DNA of 32,000 nucleotides, taken from the sequence record MK250016.1; one strand, given 5' to 3'. Both the position numbers and the translations under genes were made by a program. The notes beneath the pieces were generated by a model. That model did not search any database and had not been told where the DNA came from. It saw only the letters and a list, made by a program, of their open reading frames with translations. Every line of letters begins with the position of its first letter. Positions within the stretch are counted from its first letter, which is position 1. Shown here one piece after another: positions 1 through 9,784 of this stretch. The DNA comes from Prevotella phage Lak-A1.

Positions 1-1
1 T

Positions 2-100
2 GACGAACATATTAATGACTTCATGAATACTGATTCATCTATTAATGACAGATTAACTTTTGTAGAAAACCAATTGAAATGGGAAGAGTTAGATAAATAA
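2..100 (+). CDS. C-terminal end of a virion/fiber-like protein (5' truncated by window edge), first of three tandem paralogs
   Basis: Frame 2 open from window start: DEHINDFMNTDSSINDRLTFVENQLKWEELDK* ; the 'L.WEEL' terminus matches the end of the next gene (LLTWEEL*). Confidence 0.55.
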   Translation, partial: DEHINDFMNTDSSINDRLTFVENQLKWEELDK

Positions 101-144
101 AAAAAGAGAAAATAAATAATAAAATTAAATCTATTAAATTTAAT

Positions 145-1719
145 ATGAATAAAAATATGGTTTATGGTGCTAATGAAGCAACTTCTTTAACTGATAAAGT
201 TGCAGATTTTACAAAGGGTAAAAACATTCACTTTGGTTCTGGTGCATTTGAAGAATAGAAAGTTGTTGCTATTGCAACAGCAGCTGAATCTGATGCAAAG
301 GTTCGTTTCGTATATGATGCAATAGGTGATTCTGGTATGGTATTTGTTGGTAATCAACTTGCATCTTCTAAGATTCTTGACATTACAACAAATAAAGTAG
401 CAAAGAAACATTTTGATCCTGAAACTGGTAATTATGTAGAATCAACTACAGAAAAAGTTGCAACTAAGGTAACAGTTACATGGTTTGGTTCTCAGGAAGA
501 TCCAAAAGATAATGTTGTAAAGACACAGACATGGACTACTGTATTTGATGTTATTGATACAGATACAGTAAAAGCAATGATTGATAAAGCTTCAGCAGAT
601 TTAAATAAATCAGTTGATGATTTAAAAACAAAGCATGAAGCAGACGTTTTACGTTTAGATACATCAGTTAACGGCATTGAGACACTTCTTAAGCGCGATG
701 TAGTTTCAGCTGACACTGGTAGTGCACTTACAGTAACTCCTACTTCTGCTGATGCAACAGGTTATAAGACTTATAAGGTTGCAGTTAACGTAGATGATGC
801 AAAAGGTTCAACTATTAAGGTTGTAGATAATAAGATTAAGATTGCAAAGTATGCAATTAAGCAGGTTGCTGCGGATTCTATGGAAAAAGATGCAGATACT
901 AATGAAACAAAGTATGCATCTGAATATCAGTTAATGATGACTGATGCTGATGGTGTTACAAAGGCAGTTGGTGATAAGATTAACATTGCAAAAGACTTCT
1001 TAGTAACTAAGGCACATGTATGTACATTTAAGTATGTTGCTGAAAATGGCGCAGAAATTAAGTATGATGTACAACTTGAAGATCAATGGGGTAATTCTCC
1101 AGCAGTTAAATATGGAGATGAAGTAACATCAGAAAATCAGCTTCCATGGTCTAAGAATCAGGATGGTACATGGGAACAAGCACGTCTTGGTTTCGGTATT
1201 AAGTATGGTCATTCATATTTACACTTAGTTATCAATACTAAGCCAACTAATACAAAAGCTGCTAGACTTGATGATGTTTATCTTGATTTTACAGAAATCT
1301 TTACAACATTCAAGGGTGATGATAAATTCATCAAGGTTGAGAATGGCGTTGTTTCTTTGGATATTGATGCTGTTTCATCTAAAGTTGATGAAAAACTTAA
1401 GGTTAATGATACATTCACAGAACTTAAGGCAAAAGATGAAGCAATTGAAGGTCGTCTTAATGGATTAGATACATCTGTAAGCAATATTGAGAAATCATAT
1501 GTAACAGATGCATCTCTTGAAGCGCCAAAGGCAGATAATGCACAGTTCAATACTTTAAAGATTACAAATCATAAAGTTGTTGATGGTGTTGCAAAAGACA
1601 CAGAGGTTACTGTAGATGTTGCAAATGAAAAATATTATGCAGGATTAAATACAGCATTAAATACACTTACAGAAAATGATAAACATCTTTCTGCACTTCT
1701 TACATGGGAAGAACTCTAA
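145..1719 (+). CDS. Large virion/fiber-like structural protein; one in-frame TAG (about 256-258) read as Gln
   Basis: ATG 145 MNKNMVYGANEATSLTDKVADFTKGKNIHFGSGAFEE[TAG]KVVAIATAAESDAKVRF... joins ORF 337..1719 in frame; low complexity, coiled-coil and beta-rich; ends TWEEL*; followed by a terminator. Confidence 0.75.
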
Positions 1720-1746
1720 TTAATTTTTAATTAACTTTAATAATAT

Positions 1747-1785
1747 AATGGGATAACTGATAATAATTCAATTATCCCATTTTTT
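1747..1785 (+). terminator. Intrinsic terminator
   Basis: AATGGGATAA (1747-1756) pairs with TTATCCCATT (1772-1781), followed by TTTT. Confidence 0.8.
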
Positions 1786-1821
1786 AGATAAATAAAATAA
1801 AATATAAACTTTATTAATAAT

Positions 1822-3537
1822 ATGGCTATTACTATTAAAAAGTCAATGATTAATGGTGCTCCAGTTATTTTTGGCACTCCTGCTGATGCAGATACTGCAA
1901 AAGGTGTAGAAGTAAAATTTGGTTATGGTACACTTGAGAATGTACTTGCAAAAGTTGGTACTGCAGATGACGGCGTAATCTATTTCGGTTATGATGATGC
2001 TAAATCAACTGGTGCAATTGTTTCACGCGGTAAACTTGTTTCTTCTAAAATTCTTGATATTACAACAACTGCTGCTGTAACAGGAGAAGGTGATAAAGTA
2101 ACAAAAGAAGCATAGATTGTAATTTCTTATATTGATACTGATAAGTCTGTTAAAACATTGGAAATTCCTGTTTCTGCTGATGGTAAATTAAAAGAACTTG
2201 CTGATAAGATTGAAGATCTTAAAACATTAGTAGGTACAAAGACAGATACTAAAGATACTGATACAGTATTCGGTGCAATTGCAAAAGAAACAGATCGTGC
2301 AACTACTAAAGAAACTGCAATTTCCGATCTTCTTGGTACTGTTGATGATGTTGCTGGTACTGCAACTGCATTTGGAAAGATTGCTGATGAAACAAAGCGT
2401 GCAACTGATGTTGAAGGTAAGTTAGATACTCGTGTAACTAATATTGAAACACTTATAGGTGATGCAGAAAAGCCAGATGAAGATACAGTAATCAATAAAG
2501 TAACTGAAGTAATTGATTGGTTCAAAGGTGTTTCTGAAACCGAAAAAGGTGCAACACTTATTTCTGATGTTGCTGCTAATAAAACAGCTATTGGTACAAA
2601 AACTGTAGAAAATACTAATAGCATTTATAAGAGAATTGAAGATCTTGAAGCAAAGAAACACACAGTAAGTGACGTAGTTGCTGATGCTGGTAAATGTGTA
2701 TCAGGTGTTCATGTTGATGAAAACGGTGCATTAACAATTGATCAAGCTGAATTAGCTGCTACTAATATTAATGCTACTGCAATTGTAGCAGGTGATGATA
2801 CTGTTGCAGTTGAAGGTGATAAGGTTGCTTCATAGATTGAAAGTTTAGCTAAGTCTATTAAGACTGCTACAAAGTCTGCTGATGATGCAATTAAGGCACT
2901 TGATGTTACAGATACTGCAGTAGAAGGAAAATATGTTTCTGCTGTTTCTGAAGAAGATGGTAAGATTACAGTTACACGTGCAGATCTTCCTACACTTTCT
3001 GTTAAGACAGGTTCAGAACAATTTGCAGCTGTTAATAACCATGAAGTTGAAATCAAGACTACTGCATTAAATACTGTTGGACTTACAAAGACTGATGCCG
3101 GTAAATGGCAAGCAGGTACTGCTGATGCAAAATCAACTGGTCTTGCAACTGCTGCAGATGTTGCCGCAGAAATCGTATCAGATGAAGAGGTTATTGCAAC
3201 AGCTCTTAATGACCATGAAAATCGTTTAAAGACAGTAGAAGGTAAAGAAATTACTGTTTCTTCTGCTAAGTCTGATGTTGCTATTTCTGTTGCAGAAGTA
3301 AAAGATAACGATGTTGTTACTACAGCTGCAACTAATTTCAATGTTACAACTGGTAAAGTTACATTTACTATTCATAATGGTGATAAAGATGTTGCAGAAA
3401 CAATTACTGCATATACAGAAGATACTGTTAAAGCTCTTGTTGAACTTTATGCAAAGGAAAAAGCTCGTGCTGAAGCTGCAGAAGCTGGTCTTGATAAGAG
3501 ATTAACTTGGGTTGAATTGAATAAGCAAGACAAATAA
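1822..3537 (+). CDS. Large virion/fiber-like structural protein, paralog of the preceding gene; two in-frame TAGs
   Basis: ORFs 1822..2115 and 2158..2835 plus the downstream open stretch lie in one frame, interrupted only by TAG at 2113-2115 and 2833-2835; shares SSKILDITT with the upstream gene; ends LTWVELNKQDK* (TAA TAA). Confidence 0.8.
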
Positions 3538-3554
3538 TAATTTAACATAAATTT

Positions 3555-3592
3555 AAAATGAGACTTAAAGTCAGACTTAAGTCTCATTTTTT
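3555..3592 (+). terminator. Intrinsic terminator
   Basis: Perfect 14-bp stem AAAATGAGACTTAA / TTAAGTCTCATTTT (3555-3568 / 3577-3590), then a T tract. Confidence 0.85.
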
Positions 3593-3639
3593 TATATAAA
3601 CTCTAAACAAACAGTGTTTAATTTTAACATAAGAGTATT

Positions 3640-4290
3640 ATGGATCAAATTACAAAAGAAAGAAATAAACAAGAGTTTATAGAGTTATTGAGAAGTACAA
3701 AAAGAGAAGGTATTGAAGATTTAATTAACTGGTTATCAGAGAAGTCTGATTTCTTTGAAGCTCCATCATCTACAATTTACCATTGTAATTATCCTGGAGG
3801 TCTTTGCCAACATTCACTTAACGTTTATTATGCAGCACGAGACTTCTATGAGACTTATAAGAAACTATCTCTGCCAGAGAAAAATGTAGAGTCTATCCCA
3901 ATGGAATCTATTATCATAACTGCACTTCTTCATGATTTATGTAAAGCAAATAACTATAAGATTGTTGAGAAGTTTAAGAAAGATGAATCAAACCAATGGT
4001 TCAAATACTATTCATATCAGATTGATGAAAAACTTCCACTCGGTCATGCTCCTAAATCTATTTTTATTGCACAAACATTTATCAGACTTTCAGGTGAAGA
4101 ATTATGCGCGATTATGTGGCATATGGGAATGTCAGATATTGGTGCATGGATGAGTAATTACCAAAAACCTTCTATGCAAACATCATATACAAAAGTTCCA
4201 CTTTCTGTATTAATTATGCAAGCAGACTTTTTCGCTTCATACTGTATGGAAAAAGAAGTAGATCAAACTGTTGAATGCAGAATTGGTTAA
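3640..4290 (+). CDS. HD-domain (predicted phosphohydrolase) protein
   Basis: 216 aa; CQHSLNVYYAARDF ... ALLHDLCKANNYKI matches HD-domain metal ligand spacing. Confidence 0.65.
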   Translation: MDQITKERNKQEFIELLRSTKREGIEDLINWLSEKSDFFEAPSSTIYHCNYPGGLCQHSLNVYYAARDFYETYKKLSLPEKNVESIPMESIIITALLHDLCKANNYKIVEKFKKDESNQWFKYYSYQIDEKLPLGHAPKSIFIAQTFIRLSGEELCAIMWHMGMSDIGAWMSNYQKPSMQTSYTKVPLSVLIMQADFFASYCMEKEVDQTVECRIG

Positions 4291-4294
4291 AAAT

Positions 4295-4333
4295 AAAAGA
4301 GAGATTAAATTGTTGATATTTAATCTCTCTTTT
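4295..4333. terminator. Bidirectional terminator between convergent genes
   Basis: Perfect 16-bp stem AAAAGAGAGATTAAAT (4295-4310) / ATTTAATCTCTCTTTT (4318-4333), with A-tract and T-tract flanks serving both strands. Confidence 0.85.
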
Positions 4334-6017
4334 TATATATTAAATATGGTGAATAACATTTTAAATAATCTTCCCTAATATCATCTTTATTACAATTTAG
4401 AAATTCTTTTAACATACTTTTATTAAATCTAAATTCACTACGTTTATAATTATAATAATTTAATGTAAATTTAATTTTATCTGATTCTAATTTAAAATTT
4501 AATGTTTCATATAATTTTATATTATCAGTTTCTAAATTACAATTAACAATAATAGAATTATAAGTATAATTACATTTAAAATAATTTAATAATAGTTTTT
4601 CACAACCTATCACATATAAATTATTTTTATAACAAATTCTATTTAATATATAATTATTATCTGATATATTACTAAATGTCATACAACATAATAATTCATT
4701 ATTCTTAAATAATCCTAATTTTATATCAGACTCAATATAATTATCAATATGATAAGTATTTATAAAATCTTTACATATATTTTCATCTAATTCTTTAATG
4801 ATACAATTATCTGAAAATACTTTCTGCTCAAGATGACAACTTCTTAATATAATATTTTCTATTTTATCTATATTATAATGAATATCATCTTCCCTAAATG
4901 TCAACATCTATATATCAGTTTTAGATACTAAATCATATTTTACTTTAAATCTATTCTTACCATTAATTCCACAATGCCAATAAATTCCATTACATTCTAT
5001 TGCAACTTTATAATCAGGTAAATAAAAATCAAATTCACGCGGTGATATTATATATCTAACATGTTGTTCAAACTTTATATTATGTTTCTCCAATAATAAT
5101 CTTATTTTATATTCTATAGACGTCTCTAAATTTTTTTCTGGATTACATATAGGACACATAACAATATCTTTCTACTATCTATTAAAAAATGTATAATTCT
5201 TTATTGAAAATGGATTATGTATTTTACATTGATTATAAACTATAAATTCATTTTTATTATCTGAATATTTAATTTCATAACCACGTTTTAACCATTTATT
5301 TTCTATTGTTTTATGTTTATTAACTAATTTCTATTTAACATTATTTTCATTCTTATTCGCACATTCATTAGAACAATAATGTCTAAACCCTTCACTGAAT
5401 CTATAAAACTTAACATATTTTCCACATGTAGGACATACAGGACTTTTATTAATATGATTCTTCATTCGATATAAAATCTCCTGTATAACTGATTTATTCC
5501 TCTATAAATCATCATACCTATTCATCATGTAATCATATATACCAAATTGCTTTAACTTTTTATTTTTACAATATTCAGATATTAATCTGTCATCTTTAAT
5601 CATTAAATTCAATACATATTCATCATCAATATTTTCTTTCTACTTTACATCAGTTAATTTATGTATTTTATTCGGATCATTTAATGAACATTTATATGAA
5701 CAATATTGATTATAACCATATAAAAATCCTCTGAATAATAAAGGAATCTCTTTACCACATGTTTTACAATATAAATGTAAATCATCTGGTAATTTATAAT
5801 ATATCCTATATATGATTTCCTGTATATTTTTTACAGATTTAAATCTATTCATTAAATAATCATATAAACCATGATCTTTTAACCATGATTCTTTTATTCT
5901 ACATGTATTTAATTGAATTTTATTGTTTCTAAATACTGTTAATTTATCTATTATAATCTGATCTGCCACTTCCATATTTTTTATATTAATAAATGTTAAA
6001 AATGTTTTAATAAACAA
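4320..6017 (-). CDS. Recoded homing endonuclease: duplicated Zn-ribbon modules, Vsr/EDxHD-like nuclease core, C-terminal GNAT-like region; at least 6 in-frame TAG codons
   Basis: Minus ORFs 5640..6017, 4908..5159 and 4320..4907 are all in one frame, separated only by TAGs (5640-5642, 5502-5504, 5331-5333, 5175-5177, 5172-5174, 4908-4910). Motifs: CKTCGKE..YCSYKC, CPTCGKY..YCSNEC, CPIC, EFDFYLPDYKVAIECNGIYWH, KLGLFKNNELLCCMTFS. The true start may be MEVADQ (5975). Confidence 0.85.
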
Positions 6018-6062
6018 ATAACATATTTTACTATATAATTTAAAATTTGAATTAGAATTTAA

Positions 6063-6878
6063 TTGAAAAACATGGAAGAAAAGAAATATAAATTTTGTCA
6101 GATAGATCCAAATAATTGTACTGTTGAAGAACTTGAAGAAGAAGTAGAAAGACTTAAAAACTTAGGTGATTTTTACGAGACTAAACAGTTGGCACTTAAG
6201 AAATTTATTAATAGTGTTTACGGAGCAACCGCGAGCAAGTATTTCATTGCACATAACACAGCTGTTGCGGAATCTATTACACTTCAGGGACAGGATTTGA
6301 ATCATTATTCAGAGAATTCTGTTAATGCATATTTTAGTGGTATATTTCAGAATGATACTGAATTGCATAAGAAATTGGGTATTGATTCGGAAAAAGCAAA
6401 AAAAGTAAGTATTGCCAAGGGTAAAACAACAGAAACAGGTACGTTAGATGGACCCGAGTTTTCATATCTTAATGGAAATCAGAGTCTTACTGTTGCTGGA
6501 GATACTGATAGCCAAATTGGCTCGACGCAATTCTATGTTGATAATAACATAACTACAATGGAAGATTTCTTTACAAAAGCTAAATATGAAAATAATGATG
6601 TGGTTATAAAGTTACAAAATGGTTCTGAAGTTGTTCCTGTACATAATCACAATACATTAACATATATAGATCATGATTTTAAAACGTCAGAACGCCCTAT
6701 TAATTATATAATGAGACACAAAGTAACAAAGGATAAGTTCAGATTGAAGACTAAATCAGGTAAAGAACTTATAGTAACTGGAGATCATAGTATTATGGTT
6801 ATAAGAAATAATGAATTGATTTCATTACCAGCAAGAGAAATAAAGAACACAGATAAAATTATAACATTGGATAAGTAA
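6063..6878 (+). CDS. Family-B DNA polymerase internal fragment (motif B and start of motif C) fused to the N-half of a split intein
   Basis: KQLALKKFINSVYGATASKYF (motif B), TVAGDTD (motif C), then SQIGSTQFYVDN... (intein block A) and GKELIVTGDHSIMV (block B), ending at TAA. Confidence 0.88.
   Translation: MKNMEEKKYKFCQIDPNNCTVEELEEEVERLKNLGDFYETKQLALKKFINSVYGATASKYFIAHNTAVAESITLQGQDLNHYSENSVNAYFSGIFQNDTELHKKLGIDSEKAKKVSIAKGKTTETGTLDGPEFSYLNGNQSLTVAGDTDSQIGSTQFYVDNNITTMEDFFTKAKYENNDVVIKLQNGSEVVPVHNHNTLTYIDHDFKTSERPINYIMRHKVTKDKFRLKTKSGKELIVTGDHSIMVIRNNELISLPAREIKNTDKIITLDK
6510..6875 (+). other. N-intein half of split intein (122 aa)
   Basis: Begins at Ser (AGC 6510-6512) directly after GDTD; block A-like SQIGSTQF; block B TGDHSIMV; terminates at TAA 6876-6878. 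Confidence 0.85.
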
Positions 6879-7996
6879 TGAAATATTTAACAGAGGATGA
6901 GATAATTTAGTATTGTAAGAATCATAATATAGATTCGTCAATATGTTACTGTAAAGAATGTGGTAAATTTCTTGCATATGATAATGCTGTATTTCATATA
7001 AATTCAGTTACGAAGAAATTAGTATGTGATGATAATAAGTTATCATTTTTAAGTACGAGAAATTATAATGGTAATGAATATCATTTATGTAGGTGTTATG
7101 ATTGCGTATGTGAGAAATTTCCAAATTTTAAATATGTAAGATTTAAGTTTGCACATAAAGCTGCAAAATATACATAGTATGGATTTGGTGTTCCTGATGA
7201 AGATTTTAAACCTGTATCAAAAGCAAGACAATGTGTTACTAAAGAAAAAATGATTAAGAAATATGGTATTTCTGAAGGTACAGAAAGATGGAATTCATAT
7301 TGTGAGAAACAATCTGTTACAAATACATATAAGTATAAGCATGAAAAATATGGGATGTCTTCAGATGAGTTTGATGAATATAATAAATCGCGAGCAGTAA
7401 CAAAAGAAAATCTTATAAAAAGACATGGAAAAAAAGAAGGATTAAAAATCTGGAATGACTATATTGAACGTCAGCGATATACATGTACATTAGATTATTT
7501 TATTGAAGAATATGGTAAAGAAGATGGAACACAAAAATATAATGAATTTGCAGAAAAACGCTCAGATCAATATTATTTAATAGGTAATAAATCAAATATA
7601 TCATTAGATTTATTTTCTAATTTAAAAGAATATTATAAAGATAATGATACTTATATAGAATATACAGTTAAATCATTAAATAATAATTTTTATCATGTAG
7701 ATTATTATGATAAATCATTAAATATTGTTATCGAATTTTATGGAGATTTTTATCATTTTAATCCAAAGAAATATAATGGTAATGAAACAGATTATTTCAT
7801 ATTAGGGAAAGAACGAACGGTTAAAGATAAGTGGTAGCATGATAAAGAACGTATAGATGATATTCAACAAACATTAAATTGTAAGGTAATAATTGTTTGG
7901 GAATCTACATATAAAAATGATAAAAAAGGAACTATTAATTCATTAATATAGATGATTAATAATAAAGAACAATTAAATGACATAACAGAAATATGA
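6878..7996 (+). CDS. Free-standing Vsr/EDxHD-like homing endonuclease lodged between split-intein halves; 4 in-frame TAGs
   Basis: Start overlaps upstream stop (TAATG). MKYLTEDEII[TAG]YCKNHN...; contains ORF 7250..7837 and continues through TAG to TGA 7994-7996. Tandem modules (IKKYGISEGTERWNSYCEKQ, IKRHGKKEGLKIWNDYIERQ, IEEYGKEDGTQKYNEFAEKR) and nuclease-like NIVIEFYGDFYHFNPKKY ... KW[TAG]HDKERIDDI...VIIVWE. Confidence 0.85.
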
Positions 7997-8235
7997 TACC
8001 ATATCAATCTAAAATAACTATTATAAGAAACAGTAATTTTAAAAAGCATAATACATTATTAAATACTTTTTTGAAATTGATAGGAAGTAATTATCGTGAT
8101 TTATATTATGCATTAAATCATGATTTGAATTGTATTACGATAAATGACAGATCAGAGATAAATGATAATCAAATTATATATGCGAAATATTTAGGTATTG
8201 ACATTATTGATGAATCACTTAAGAGAATTAGTTAA
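7993..8235 (+). CDS. Small ORF of unknown function inside the split-intein interval, possibly a remnant
   Basis: 80-aa ORF overlapping the endonuclease stop (ATGA); no recognised domain. Confidence 0.35.
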   Translation: MIPYQSKITIIRNSNFKKHNTLLNTFLKLIGSNYRDLYYALNHDLNCITINDRSEINDNQIIYAKYLGIDIIDESLKRIS

Positions 8236-8326
8236 ATAGTATTATCGTGAAAAGTATTTCAATGAAGAAAATAATAAACTAATATTACAATATATTATAT
8301 AAAATATATAATTAACAAAAGAAAAG

Positions 8327-8458
8327 ATGAATTACGATATACAAATAGAAGATATTGATGTAATAGAGCAATTAGAAGATTTCAATGATGAGTATGTATA
8401 TGATATTGAAGTAGATGATACTCATACATTCTTTGCAAATGATATTCTTGCTCACAAT
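8327..8458 (+). other. C-intein half of split intein (44 aa)
   Basis: MNYDIQIEDIDVIEQLEDFNDEYVYDIEVDDTHTFFANDILAHN, with Ser +1 (TCA 8459-8461). Confidence 0.88.
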
Positions 8459-9301
8459 TCAATATACGTAGAGTTTGGAAGAATTTGCCAACAATTAGAT
8501 ATTCCGGAGTCTGAATGTGCACAGTTTGTTGTTGATCTTTGGAATTATGGTTGCGGACCATATATGCAGCAGAAATATGAAGAGTATGCGAAGAAATATA
8601 ATTGTGATGTAAATATTCAGAATTTGGAGTTAGAGAAAATTGCGGATACAACAATTTTAACATCAAAGAAGCATTATGCAATGGCAGAATGTTTTAAGGA
8701 ACCTAATATTTTCTTGGAACCAATGGAGGAAGTAGTTTATAAGGGTTTGGAAATTGTTCAAGGATCTACACCACCATTTGCACGTGAATGTCAGAAAGAT
8801 TTTACACGTTATATGTTGCAGTGGTATCAGACACATAAAGAACGTCCACCTTATGAAGAAATTATATCTCGTATTAAGGGTTATAAACAGCAATTTTTAT
8901 TTAAAGATCCTGCCGATATTTCAAAGGGAAGCTCGATAGGAAATTATCAGAAATTTGTATTGGATGATAAGAATAAGTTAGTGTTTGGTGAACATTGTCC
9001 TATTCAGGTTAAAGCTTCAGGAATTGCTAATTTTATTTTAAATCAGCCAAAGAATAAGAAATATAAGGTTAAATATAATCCAATTAAAACAGCAGATAAA
9101 GTAAAGTGGTATTATGCAAAAGATAGAACATATGATTGTTTTGCATTTTTGCCAGGTGCTTATCCGATTGAGTATGCGCCGGAGATTGATTATGATAAGC
9201 AGTTTGAGAAAATGATTCTTGAACCTTGTAATCGTATTATTAAAATTATCGGTTATACAACATTAACATCTAATTTATGTTATACTGCTGCACTTTGGTA
9301 A
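8327..9301 (+). CDS. C-half of split intein fused to the C-terminal part of family-B DNA polymerase
   Basis: EYVYDIEVDDTHTFFANDILAHN (intein blocks F/G) then SIYVEFG (rest of motif C), ILTSKKHYA, KASG..., FDKQFEKMILEPCNRIIKIIGY-like C-terminus (DYDKQFEKMILEPCNRIIKIIGY). Confidence 0.9.
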   Translation: MNYDIQIEDIDVIEQLEDFNDEYVYDIEVDDTHTFFANDILAHNSIYVEFGRICQQLDIPESECAQFVVDLWNYGCGPYMQQKYEEYAKKYNCDVNIQNLELEKIADTTILTSKKHYAMAECFKEPNIFLEPMEEVVYKGLEIVQGSTPPFARECQKDFTRYMLQWYQTHKERPPYEEIISRIKGYKQQFLFKDPADISKGSSIGNYQKFVLDDKNKLVFGEHCPIQVKASGIANFILNQPKNKKYKVKYNPIKTADKVKWYYAKDRTYDCFAFLPGAYPIEYAPEIDYDKQFEKMILEPCNRIIKIIGYTTLTSNLCYTAALW

Positions 9302-9328
9302 TTTTTATAATTAAAATATTTTAATAAA

Positions 9329-9754
9329 ATGACGGAAAACGAAATAATAGATGCTATATCATTTATTAATGCACATAAAGATATAGTTGGATATAATATA
9401 GCAAGAAAAGCAACTGAGTTGATTTATAAATATGATGGTTATCCAGATTTGGATGATATTGAACATAAGAGATTATATGATTTTTATGAAAAACATAAAG
9501 AAGTATGTAAAGGTGGAGATTCATATAGATTAATTGAATTATATACATGTGGATTTACTAATACTTATGTATGTAATGTATGTAATGAATCATATGATTA
9601 TACTAATTATGATAAAGAATGTTGGTCAGATGGAAAGGGAGAGAAATTACCATTTTCGTTTATTGAAGTTGGTACAGGTATCGGACCATGTATAACTATA
9701 GTATGTACAGAAAATAATGATTCTAAAGATATTACAGATATTGATTCATGGTAA
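9329..9754 (+). CDS. Hypothetical protein with a Cys pair (CNVCNE)
   Basis: 141-aa ORF with clean TAA stop, in line with the surrounding gene order. Confidence 0.6.
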   Translation: MTENEIIDAISFINAHKDIVGYNIARKATELIYKYDGYPDLDDIEHKRLYDFYEKHKEVCKGGDSYRLIELYTCGFTNTYVCNVCNESYDYTNYDKECWSDGKGEKLPFSFIEVGTGIGPCITIVCTENNDSKDITDIDSW

Positions 9755-9784
9755 TAAAAAATAAATTATTTAATATAAAGATAT

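Noticed and set aside
492-3341. Minus-strand ORFs 492..716, 1278..1550, 2127..2624, 2422..2661 and 2742..3341
   Set aside because: Antisense shadows of the repetitive virion-like genes; low-complexity Ser/Val-rich translations and no independent support.
8382-8939. ORFs 8382..8681 (-), 8663..8893 (-) and 8754..8939 (+)
   Set aside because: Alternative-frame overlaps of the polymerase/C-intein gene.
6063-9301. DNA polymerase as a simple degraded gene
   Set aside because: Both break ends carry recognisable intein splice elements and exteins join to a perfect motif C, arguing for a split intein rather than decay.
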